Source of the DNA: Paraglomus brasilianum
Taxonomy: Eukaryota
Assembly (NCBI GenBank): GCA_910592345.1
Contig: CAJVPI010000083.1
Location: forward strand, 1 to 58,921
DNA: 58,921 bases
Direction: 5' to 3'
Part shown: piece after piece, positions 38,750-49,510 of the stretch
Numbering within the stretch: the first letter of the stretch is position 1
Layout: each line of letters opens with the position of its first letter
Position numbers and translations under genes: made by a program
Notes under the pieces: generated by a model
The model's input: the letters and a program-made list of their open reading frames with translations, nothing else
What the model was told of the DNA's origin: nothing
Databases searched by the model: none

Positions 38750-39775
38750 CTCCTAGGAAGATTCCCTGAGCGCCATTTCATCTCGACCCATACAGTCCCA
38801 CAATTTCGGCACTTGTACATCTCGGACCCCTAATTCTTCTGCTTTGGTCGCCAGACATTGGCGAAATTGATAGTTGCAGCATTTTACGAACGGTTTTTCG
38901 TGTTATCTTTCTTGTTTTTCGATTTACCATATTCGACACCTCAAAAGGAGTGAATCAAATTCGCGAGTAAAAAATGCGACGCCCTTTTTATGAACTTCAC
39001 TTTGCAGGTGTTTGATTTTTCGTCGCATCTGAAAGATTGCCTTGTCAAGTCGCAAGACCTTTCTCTTACGTTTTGAACTAGAGGCAGCCAGTCTGTCCTT
39101 TATATAAAGGAGATTATCCGTATGCTTGCATAGACGAATAATTCGTCCAATGTCGTATTGGCCAATTTTACCTACACCTTTGGCAGGAGAGTACCATGTG
39201 AAGGGTAGGGTCAATAGAAACTGCATGAATAGAACTATCCGCGGAGTTGTTTTGCGTCTCGTAAACCCATGAAAATTTACATTCATTAGTTTTGCGAATA
39301 TATGTGATGTTGCAATCGGATGTTATTCTGCGAGGAACAGGCCACTTATTACTATGCCTTTTTTTTCGAAATGAAGCGGCCACAAATCGCGCTTGTCATC
39401 CAGAGTGATAACAGGCTTATGACGATATGCAGAAAGCCTTGATAGATTATTATTATGGAGATGGGTGATATAAAAACGATTCCACGTGGATTTTGAAAAA
39501 TTCTGCACACGAATTATTATCGTTTGTAATCTTTTCGAGATCGAAATGACAAACTTACCCCTAAAATTAGTTAAATAAAATGAATAAATAAATCAATAAA
39601 TAAATCGAAACCAAAAAAAAAAAAACGAAAAATAACAATCATACCTAGCAGTTAATACCTCATCGATAATGTTTGCAGGCGCTTTGCCATGTGTACTTTG
39701 AAGCAGCATTCCAATACGTACGAATTTGCGTTCACCCCATACGCATAATTTTTGAAGTCTCTTGGCCTCATACAC
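38750..39775 (-). pseudogene. Fanzor2-like (IS607 TnpB-derived) RNA-guided nuclease relic with one spliceosomal intron (39561-39644)
   Basis: Colinear frameshifted motifs: KAPANIIDE..LTAR, intron, LSFRSRKD-QTIIIR, SDCNITY, AVSIDP/FTWYSP (RuvC-I), IGQYDIGRIIRLCKHTDNL, RMRRKIKHLQSEVHKK-like, FEVSNMVNRKTRKITRKTVRKML, YQFRQCLATKAEELGV, YKCRNCG, RD-NGAQGIFL (RuvC-III). Confidence 0.85.
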
Positions 39776-41212
39776 TGTTTCCTAAATCAGTTACCAAAGC
39801 TTTAAGTAATGATTTTCCATCATCAGCTCTATCTTTTAAGTGTTGCACATTACAGGCTGTGCATTAGGGTTGTGTTGACAAGCATAAATTGGCACACCAT
39901 TCTGTCAAGTAAAATGTTTTTCTATTTCTTTTGCAGCTATTCTTCCACAATTTGCGCAATAGCTGCACTTATGATCTTTAGTATCTGACAATACTTCACA
40001 TTGAGAACACAAAAAATGTTCTCGGTCCCACCGACTCATTCCATGAGTTTCAAAATTGCTATTATTTGTTGCTTTTAAAAATTTATAGTAAAAGTAAATT
40101 TGTAAAGAAAAAAATTATTGTTATTATCTTAAAATAATATAAGTCCATTCAACAATGGCTGCTGGAATTGTTTTCTTCATGTTTTTATTTCTTTCTTGGT
40201 TTATCATGAGTTGGGGTTAATGTTTGTTTATTGTTTTGTATTTTACGTTCTTGGTAAATTTCATAAGTAATTTTTAGGTATTCCTGGAGAGTTTGAGGAT
40301 CATTAATTTTAAAAACGTATTGAGCAATTTTTTCTCCCTGTTCTTTTTTTAAAATGCTTCTAATAGTGCTGTAATTCTTTGGTTCCATTGTGGATTTGAT
40401 GTAGATTAGTTTCATATTATATTTTTTATATAGAGGTAAGCCTATATGAATTAGATTACAGACTTATAATGCAACTAAAATTTATCATGAATTCAGACAT
40501 GCATGGGCCACAACTGTGCCACTAATACTAAATCAAAGCTAAAGTTAGTCACTCTAGCAAATTTTTTAGCCACACTAGCAATTTTTAACTCACATAGTCA
40601 AATGTTCACTTTGTCTGGTTTTGTTGCAGTCTGCCCCATATTGCCTAAATTATACATATAATATTACTGCAAAATAATAAAGAAATTATAAACTGAAACC
40701 TATACTAATACTATGCAAGGATTCAGTATAGTAATATGGTATCTACATCACTGGGCAGCCTTGCATCTTGAATGACACTGCTTTTGTCGACCCTGACTTC
40801 TGATATCAGTGTTTGACGATACAGCTACTGCTCCGAGTCCAATTCGCTCTATAACTCAAAAATTTCGTATTAACATTACAACTGTAAGCTCAAAAAAAAA
40901 AAGAAGAAAAAAAAAAAAAAAGACCTTTGCGCGCAGCGTTTTTAGCCAGTTTTGTACCTCTCGACTCGACACTGTCTTATGGAAAGTGTTTAACAGCTTG
41001 GTAGCTTTCCCTCTTGCATGCACCAGTATATTGCAACCCATGTTAATCGACTACAGTTTAGCCTTCATTGCAAACATCATCTCCTCTGTCTCCTCATTAT
41101 GTATTTCGAATTGGACACAAAGCGGAGAACGCGCAGAATATGCCATGTGAATTAGTACTGGAAATATACAGACTTTGAGCACGTTAAAAGCATCCCAACA
41201 ATGATATTCTGA

Positions 41213-41483
41213 TCAGAGGTCTTCAACCACGCACGCACAGGAACAGCAAACGCCGAACGAGTCCAGGCAAGTTGATTGAAGATGATATCATTCATTGCCT
41301 CTAACACTGGTCAGAGGTCTTCAACCACGCACGCACAGGAACAGCAAACGCCGAACGAGTCCAGGCAAGTTGATTGAAAGATGATATCATTCATTGCCTC
41401 TAGCACTGGTCAGAGGTCTTCAACCACGCACGCACAGGAGGAACAGCAAACGCCGAACGAGTCCAGGCAAGTTGATTGAAAGA
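41213..41483. repeat. Tandem repeat, 98-99-bp unit, ~2.7 near-identical copies
   Basis: Unit TCAGAGGTCTTCAACCACGCACGCACAGGAACAGCAAACGCCGAACGAGTCCAGGCAAGTTGATTGAA... starts at 41213, 41311 and 41410. Confidence 0.95.
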
Positions 41484-41846
41484 TTCCCTGCCAAGCATCG
41501 ACCATACGCAATCCATAACACTATGGAGCTCGTACGGGCAGTAGGTGCCGTTTAATGTTTCCCATGTTACAGTTACAAAAGTACTAACCTCCTGTATTGT
41601 TGGCATCGCGTGAAAACCTTGGCCAGAAGCATTGGGGTCACATAGTGTTATATACCCGTCGCAGGATATAATGCGATATATTACGTCACGTGTTTACGCG
41701 TCATACGTGTACATCTTGCATGCAATTTCCATGTAAAAAAAAATGGCTAGGTTTATTCTCTTAAGTGCAAAACCTCGCTATAGTAAATCTGTCGGGTCGG
41801 GATTTCTGTTTACTACGTGTATAACGAGGATTTATTGTATCGAGGT

Positions 41847-41880
41847 TTCGCGATATAACAAATATTTGCTATATCGCGAA
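41847..41880. repeat. 34-bp near-perfect palindrome within pogo-like terminal repeats
   Basis: TTCGCGATATAACAAATATTTGCTATATCGCGAA has one mismatched pair. Adjacent AAACCTCG/CGAGGTTT motifs. Confidence 0.8.
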
Positions 41881-42096
41881 CTCTTTATATACAGTCTGAC
41901 CATTATCAATTAGAATAGATCAACAAACACTTTTTTATCTCAAGAAGTAAATGAAACTGCACAATTGACGATGTGTTCGTCTTATCGATTACATAAACGC
42001 CGTCGACTGCTACACTGATTTATTCTCTCAATGTTGGTTCAAATTATAAAAATGATTTAACGTACTTTGTTCATACAATATGTTTTCTCCAAGTCA

Positions 42097-42237
42097 ATGA
42101 CTAGCTTGAGCTGTGCTAATACCGAATTCTTTAACAAGCACGTAGTTTTTTGTTGAAACTAGACTGTTAGCTTTCTTTTCACATAATCGCTTTTTTTGCG
42201 ATGCAGTTATAGATCGCCTCTTAGAACGGTCCTTCAT
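42097..42237 (-). mobile_element. pogo/Tigger (CENP-B-like HTH) transposase N-terminal relic
   Basis: MKDRSKRRSITASQKKRLCEKK..NYVLVKEFGISTAQAS matches the CENP-B N-terminal HTH pattern. TATAACGAGG-type subterminal motifs are nearby. Confidence 0.55.
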
Positions 42238-42965
42238 AGTAGTAGTATTGTACAGACGTTCTAAGTACATATAGTATGATAATGACGGTACTTGCAAACA
42301 AGCGATTGTTTTACTTATGCAAAATCTAAAAAAAGTTTACTATACTTATAACGAGGTTTCATAGTAAATTTACTGTAAATTTTCAAACGTTTACTCATTC
42401 CTGTCCTGAATTAGGAGGGGTCGGTTACTTATGGCCAGGACTGTATAGCGAGTTATCGTCATTACCAAGAATCCGTTTTATAGCGATAACATAATAGTTA
42501 CGAAAAAAATCGTTATACAAGACATTAGTGTTCTGTATTTCCTTTTTATTGAACAAACTACATTCTGATTGTTTCTTATTATTGACATGAGGTTTTACGT
42601 AAGGAGCGAACTGTTGATATCGTATTTGTACCGCAATTAAAGCCTGTGGGTGGATAAACGAGAAAATTAAACACATTATTCAAGCGTTCTATGGAAACAG
42701 TTTTTTCCTCGCTAACTCGAGTTTGTAGTCATTACCGAAACTGGATTATTAATACCGTGCCGGTGCTGGCAGCATTCATGCCAGCTGTTTTTAATTCATG
42801 TTCACTTTTGTACATATTAATATTAATGACGGTTTTTATTTTTACTTTTTAAATTTACCTACTACATGAACAGAGAAGTTACACGACGCTTTGGTCGGAC
42901 AAACTGTCACGATTAGGAAATTTCTGGCTGTAATAATAAACCATGGCTGGCTTCTTCCCGTTGAC

Positions 42966-45223
42966 ATGCCGAGTCGCAAATATACCACACTTCACGAACT
43001 CAGACGGTTAAAGACCGAACGCAACAAAAATCGTTCTCTGTACACGAAGTTACGTGATCCTGGCCAAACTTCTGCTCAGTCGAATAAGTCCTCTTCTGGT
43101 CAAAACTCGGCTTTGATTGCAAAATCCGATTCCAAAACGACAAATACTGTAAGACCAATCCCGTCGGTGCAAGATTTTATACTCCTTGTCTTAGAGTATT
43201 TTACAAGACCTTTTCGCACTGTGTTGCCGCTACCACTTGAATCTCGTGAAATATTAAAGAGGTAAAAAGGCGTATTGCGTGAGTTTGTATCTGTATATTA
43301 GATTATTAACACTGCTCCTTTTTGTAGGCTGACCAATCGACAAACCACTTTCCGAATACCATTTTCTGAAAAATCAATTAATAATCTTGAAGCTGCTTTA
43401 AAAACATTAGCTGAAACATGGGGACCGAATGTTTTCCAAGTAAAAGATGTGCTAGATGGTTCTCGCAGAAAGTTGCATTTGATCAGATTGGACATAGGCA
43501 AGTTGAAGAACGTGATAATACTTGAAAGGTTCGTTTGATCCTATTATTTTTTGGATGTTATTCCATGGAACATTGTAATTGTCAGAACAACTGGTTAATA
43601 TTTAATGAACAATATTCGATATTTAATAAAATAGAGCTTCTAATCTCGAAGACAACGCATCATTTGAAGCTGCTCTTAAATTAACCACAAATTACGTTCA
43701 CAATGGTCAGAAAAGAAAAAATGAGGAATCAGAAGTGGCAGATGAAAGTATGTTAGTCTAATACGTTAATTTATGTCAAAGTTGCGTTCAAGAAACCTGA
43801 TTGACAATTTATCCGTTCGCGTCACATGCGATAAACGTAGCTTTGAAAGAAATCGAGGAATTACTGTCAAAACCAAGCTATAAAGAAAGAGAAGACAAAA
43901 GCACTCTTCAAGAATTATGTGAAACGTTCAACAAAAAATCGGTTCATGATATTCTAATTAATGATACGGTATGCAGTAAGAATGTTATACAAGAATAGAT
44001 ACCATTTCATGTAATGATCGTGTTCTTGACTAACGTTTTATTAGTTTTCCTCTACAAATAATGTTTTTCGAGAATTTTGCGTATATGGAACGAAAACAGA
44101 TTGCCAAAAAGCCAGGAAGACTCCGCGAGCATGCCATAGAGTAAGCTTACCAACAATCTGCTAACTTGGTATACTTGTTTGATTATTTATCAAGTCTTTT
44201 TTGTCACTTTAACTGTCATCAGGTCCATTTTAGGCCGATGTTGAAACCACACACTGATCTAGACCTTGGCGACTGCTCGTATCTGAATACTTGTCATCGT
44301 ATGGATACATGCAAATATGTTCATTATGAGCTAGATGAAGATGAAGTCGAGTGGAAATATATTCAACGGAAACCAATTCCTCCTAGTGTTTTATATACAC
44401 CTCCTACAAAAGTTCTTCCACCGCAATGGATAAACTGTGACGTGAGGAAGTTTGATTTTTCAGTCCTGGGGAAATTCACCGTCATCATGGCCGATCCTCC
44501 ATGGGATATACACATGACAGTAAGTTGAATTTAGTCATAATAATCCGAAGCGAACATAATTCATGGCAATAATATTTTACTATATCTCTTACAGCTGCCA
44601 TATGGCACAATGACTGATGATGAAATGAAAGCAATGGCAATTTCTGATTTACAAGATGAAGGGTTGATATTTCTATGGGTTACTGGGCGTGCTATGGAAT
44701 TAGGACGCGAATGTCTTGCCATATGGGGTTACGACAGAGCTGACGAGTTAGTGTGGATAAAGACTAATCAACTACAAAGACTCATTCGTACCGGACGCAC
44801 AGGACATTGGTTGAATCATAGCAAAGAACATTGTCTTGTAGGCATCAAGGGAAACCCAGAGGGACTTAACCTTGGCATGGACTGTGACGTACTGGTAGGA
44901 GAAGTTCGTGAAACTAGTCGTAAGCCAGATGAAATATATGGACTTATTGATCGATTAGCACCCGGTACCCGTAAACTGGGTAATTACATTATATTTAATT
45001 ATAATTATTATTAGAAAGTTTGTCCTTTTAAGTTTGCGTGTTATTGAGTATTTTTTAATCTACAGAAATATTTGGACGTCAACACAACACGCGTCCTGGC
45101 TGGTTGACACTTGGTAATCAGTTGGATGACGTTCGACTATATGAGCCCGATGTAGTTGCACGCTACAACGCTCGTTATACGGATAAGCCTTGTAGTTTGA
45201 CAGAGTTACCACCAGATTGGTAG
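42966..45223 (+). CDS. METTL3: mRNA m6A methyltransferase catalytic subunit METTL3/Ime4 (MT-A70), multi-exon
   Basis: Two CCCH fingers ([41 protein letters not shown]), [118 protein letters not shown]. Confidence 0.96.
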
Positions 45224-45339
45224 ACAGAGGTGAGCTCTTTGTTCTGTCATAGTTACCTGCTTACCTCCGCTGCCACGGGAAAGTTACTGCTCGTAATGAG
45301 AACATAGAGCAACTCTTCTTTGTCACTCCCGTTCTGTAA

Positions 45340-46635
45340 TCACAATTCGTTTCCTATTGTCACCCAGTAATCTCTTAGGTTGTTTTTTCGGCCAAATATC
45401 TCGAGATACTTGCCTGGAGGAAAGGGCATATATCAAAGTCATGTAAATTTAGGCACTGTTTATGAATCTTTTGGTAAATAGACATGTAATTTATAAAGAC
45501 ATATACCGTTTGGGACCAGCCCTTCTATCATTTCATATAATTCTTCTGGTTTCTGGCTTTGTCCTCGCCTTTCCGAATAGATAACATCTGATAATATCGA
45601 ATGTTGACATCCTGGTGGATCTTCACCCTTTTTAATGGTTCAAGTCATTGAATAACAATCTCAAATATAGTAACTAATTTCGGCATCGCAAACATATACC
45701 TTTTTCCCAACTAAACACGTTTCCTTTGCGTGCTGGAGATAAAACCCATGACCTTTTGCCACTCTTCGATTAACAGTCTGTTTGACCCATGTGATATCAT
45801 CGACATATGTATAACCCCATTTACGCATCATCTCAAATGCTTTGGCATACTTATTATTAATAACCCATATGAAGACAAAGCCATTCTCTTGGAGTTTTTG
45901 TATTGGCATCTCCTCGATACACACGTCAGGAAGTTGTTGGTATGCAATAGCAACCTAAGAAGAAAGAAAACCTTGAATGGGGCCTTTTTATTTAAAGAAT
46001 GGTAACAACATAGAAAAAGAGTAATATATACACCACGAGTCGGAGCATGAGTGGCCAATTGCCATGGTGGATCCATAAGTATGACGTCAAATTGACATGC
46101 CTTTGCGAGTTCCTGCAAAGCGGTATTCATGTTATTCCACTTTTAATTTATACAAACACGAATAATTGAACCCAAGAAAGAACGCACTTACATCCCATTC
46201 AAATGTCAAGACATTTGCCTTAATCGGAATACACCACTCTGGTGCTTGAAAGGTTTCCCATGAACCTTCTAAAAGCGAAAAAAGATTCTATCATGCCAGC
46301 ATCAAAAAAATACATTTCTATAACCGTTCATAAACAGCCGACTTACTTTTGTTGTTATTTGGTTCTCCTGCCTGCCCACTTTTCTGCACACCTTCTTTTA
46401 CTTCGTCCTGTTCTTTTTGTTGTTGCTGCTTTCTGGTAATGGCCTCTAATTCTGCAATTTCTTCTAACAATTCGTCAATTCGGAGACGAAGCTCCGTTTC
46501 ACGTCGTAACAGTTTCTGAAGCTGACTGTCAAAAGGAGTTCTAAACGCAGTGGTGTCGTCGTTTTCTTCAAGGAAAGTATCATAATCGTCGTCAAGAAGA
46601 GGAGTGAGAGATGAATTTTGTTCAACCTTTGACAT
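45340..46635 (-). CDS. MTA1: DNA N6-adenine (ApT) methyltransferase catalytic subunit AMT1/MTA1 (MT-A70), 6 exons
   Basis: CIPIKANVLTFEWD, QFDVILMDPPWQLATHAPTRGVAIAYQQLPD, LQENGFVFIWVINNKY, WGYTYVDDITWVKQTVNRRVAKGHGFYLQHAKETCLVGKKG, ERRGQSQKPEELYEMIE, KYLEIFGRKNNLRDYWVTIGNEL*. The RGVAIAY and KGHGFYLQHAKE signatures match ciliate MTA1/AMT1. Confidence 0.93.
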
Positions 46636-46868
46636 TGTATAAAAAGACGCGATCAAGAAACTTTGATATTTATTTTGGTATTTATGGGAGTACGTGATGC
46701 TGATGATCAAAACCCATTATTGGACGCACGTGGAAAAGAATGTTTGGGGCACCAGAAAGATTTCAGGGTTTTCAACACATTCAACGGCCTTTTGACTTAT
46801 TTTTTGTCGCTTGTCCACGTCTTTCTGCTTTCTTCGCGTAGCTTGAAACACTTTTTATATTTGCGAAA
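46636..46868. promoter_or_regulatory. Probable bidirectional promoter (233 bp) shared by AMT1/MTA1 and the BOD1/Shg1-like gene
   Basis: Divergent ATGs at 46635 (-) and 46869 (+). Contains a CACGTG E-box at 46727-46732. Confidence 0.6.
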
Positions 46869-47742
46869 ATGCATTTGACTCCAGAAGAAGTAGTATCAGA
46901 GTTTAAACGTAGAGGAGCATTTGATGAATTACGAAGAGAGTTGCTGGAAGAATTTCTGAAAAGTGTAATCAAAAGCAAAATTTCCGCGACCTTTAATTTC
47001 GAATAGATTATATGCTTTTCTATTCTCATATTATTAATTCGCTCTAGGAAAAAGGCAAAGAGTTTAACGAACGACTCAAGTCGTTGCTTGAATCAAGGAC
47101 TGACGGCGATCCGTCACTCTTAGACAAGGACCGAACAGAAATACATATTATATTACTTAACGACTTTGACAAGTATGTCTTCCTTTAAACATTTGTCGAG
47201 CGGGGGCGACTCGGTTACCCCAACTTAACTAGGTTTCGTGTATATAGGGCACGGGAAGATGAAAAAATAAAAGAATATATTTTGAAAGAAATAATAGAAT
47301 CAACGGAATACCAAGCAGCGCTTGTACAAAGACTCGGATCAATAGTTACAGAACTTTGTGCGTCAGAAGATGACGGTATGCTAAGAGATCTCTGTTATTA
47401 AGTTAAATTTCCGGGTATCTGATTACATCGTCAATTATAAAAGACACCATCAAAGGTAAAGAATCTGCTAGTATTTCCACTTCAGTCATCACAGATTCAA
47501 TCAAGCCTAGCCTAATGGAGGTAGAAGACATTAAAAAAGACAACGCAAACAGCGAACTTGATTTAGCAAAAGCCAGGGAATCTTCTGAAGATGAGCCAGA
47601 AGAGGGGGAAGCCACTGAGCAAGAAGATAACGAGGGAGGAATATCCAGTCCTAAGCGAAAATCCGACATAGACACTGTACTCGATTCTGCTCCTTTCAAA
47701 CGGAGAAAGTCCGAACGCTTGATAAAAAAGTCAGAACATTAG
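46869..47742 (+). CDS. BOD1/Shg1-domain protein (COMPASS/SET1-associated), multi-exon
   Basis: MHLTPEEVVSEFKRRGAFDELRRELLEEFLKS|EKGKEFNERLKSLLESRTDGDPSLLDKDRTEIH, then an acidic low-complexity tail ending in basic KRRKSERLIKK. Confidence 0.8.
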
Positions 47743-49510
47743 GGTCAAAGTTCTGTCGTTTCCGGTATTGGACACTAAAATTTTGCGTAATAGTAAATAG
47801 AATTCATCGATGGCGTGTTCTCAGGGGGATGCATATATACTGTTTCGCAACAATGTTCCGATTTGCGTGTTTGTGGAATGCGAAGACATACATATAAGGA
47901 AATGTGTGAGCAAAAATTTCTGGGGCATGTGTCGTATTAATAGCACTCCATACACTTTTTATTCTGCTCTTTAAGTTTTTGTTCTCTCACACCTCCTCAA
48001 TCCCTGCATCATCTTCATCAATGCTTTACAAATATATACATAATCAGCAAGGGGAGTCAAAATTGTATGTTGTGGCCTGCTCCTAGAATTTTGTGTGGAG
48101 AAGTATAAATTTACCAGTGTAGGGAGCAAGAGCCAACCTGTCGAAAGTGTTGAGCACTTTTACGCTGGGACAAATATAAAAACCATGCTTGATTATAGAG
48201 TTGTGCTGGGCATGTTATTGTTAACACTATGTATGATCAGTCATGGTGCAGGTATGTGTGCACATAATTGAATTCGTCTCTTAGTATGTTCATTCCTCTG
48301 ACATATTTATCTCCACCAGCTCTGCCCATAACAGATCAAAAAGATACGTTCATCTTATCGTCCGCGAACACAGACGATCCCAGCACAATACCTGGGCAAT
48401 CGCTTAGGCTCCCTAGTATTGCTCCAATAGTTGCAGCGGTTTTAGCTCTCCTCACAGCACCTGTCATGCTTATCTCAGCTCTTATCATTGCAACTTCTAA
48501 ATCACGCTGACTGGAAGAGACTTCTATCGTACTAATTTGCCGATACTTATGGTTGGTGAACGGTTATATGATTTGGAGTGGAGGAACAGGACAGCTATAG
48601 TGGAAAGGAAGAATGTAGAGTATGTGATGGAAATACGGCTTTGTAAATAAATCATGGAGTCTCATAGATGTGAATAGTACAAGCTCTTCGTGGCAATAAT
48701 TTTGTGGCCGTGTAGCCATCCAATTTAGCATTGATAGTTATTGGCAACAAGCGTTAATATTTCCGGAGGAACAAATAAAACCTAATACTAATCTAATATA
48801 ACCGTTCTTCAATTATTGAAAGGAGATAACCCCGTTTAATATATTTCATTGCCTATTACTATCATGCCACGTAAATGTAAATTAACAATACTACGTGCCA
48901 AGGAATAAGCTTCATTATTTCTGGTTTAATTCCTTTTGCTGACTTGGCTAAAATTCCCATTCAGAATTTGAACTTACAGTCTGTCAGACTGGAATAGTAT
49001 AGTGAACCAGGTAAAATGAGAGCGACTAGATGTTGAAGATATCGTCCCCATAGAATTGACTTGCATTCGAGAGCAGACTCGCAGGTTACTTTGAAAAATC
49101 TACGTTATTCGTATTGCAATAAATAATTAGTCGCTCAGACCTTAACTGAGCAATATACTGTAGTAAGGACAATATTCCGAGTTAAGGTCTGTTTTCAAAT
49201 AAGGTCTACGTAACTAACGCATTCCCAACCCGAATAATTGCGAACCGTAACAGTATGTTATTTCTGGCCTAGTGAAATTTTTCTGAAAATTAATCATTCA
49301 TGAGGACCAGCATTGGATAATTAATGAGATGTTCATTCGAATTATAATGTTTAGACTTCAGCAATACTATCAGAGTACAGATTATTATTATTATGGGAGT
49401 TTTTGATATAACCTATTATATGCGATTCCAGACTGTATTACATATCACACGCATATATTATAATAATAATACGTTTTATTATTATTAGGTTTTAAACAAT
49501 GTTCTAAGAT

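Noticed and set aside
39850..40050. Cys-rich minus-strand fragment (CSQC…CSYCANCG) as part of the Fanzor element
   Set aside because: Short, interrupted by stops, and cannot be linked to the Fanzor frame or a known family.
41213..41483. CRISPR array or coding repeat (ORF 41400-41606)
   Set aside because: Whole units are duplicated without unique spacers, and 98/99-bp units with stops do not maintain a reading frame.
45065..45410. METTL3 and AMT1 as a recent inverted duplication forming a hairpin
   Set aside because: Their most similar stretch (EIFGR…W.T.GN.L) is only 39/60 nt identical by my count with mostly synonymous-type differences, and intron positions differ. This reflects ancient protein homology.
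45340..46635. Second MT-A70 gene as METTL14/Kar4 (the METTL3 partner)
   Set aside because: It retains catalytic DPPW (METTL14 has EPPL-type) and carries the AMT1/MTA1-type GHGFYLQHAKE motif.
47800..48740. Decayed minus-strand coding-like sequence
   Set aside because: Stops present and no identifiable family.
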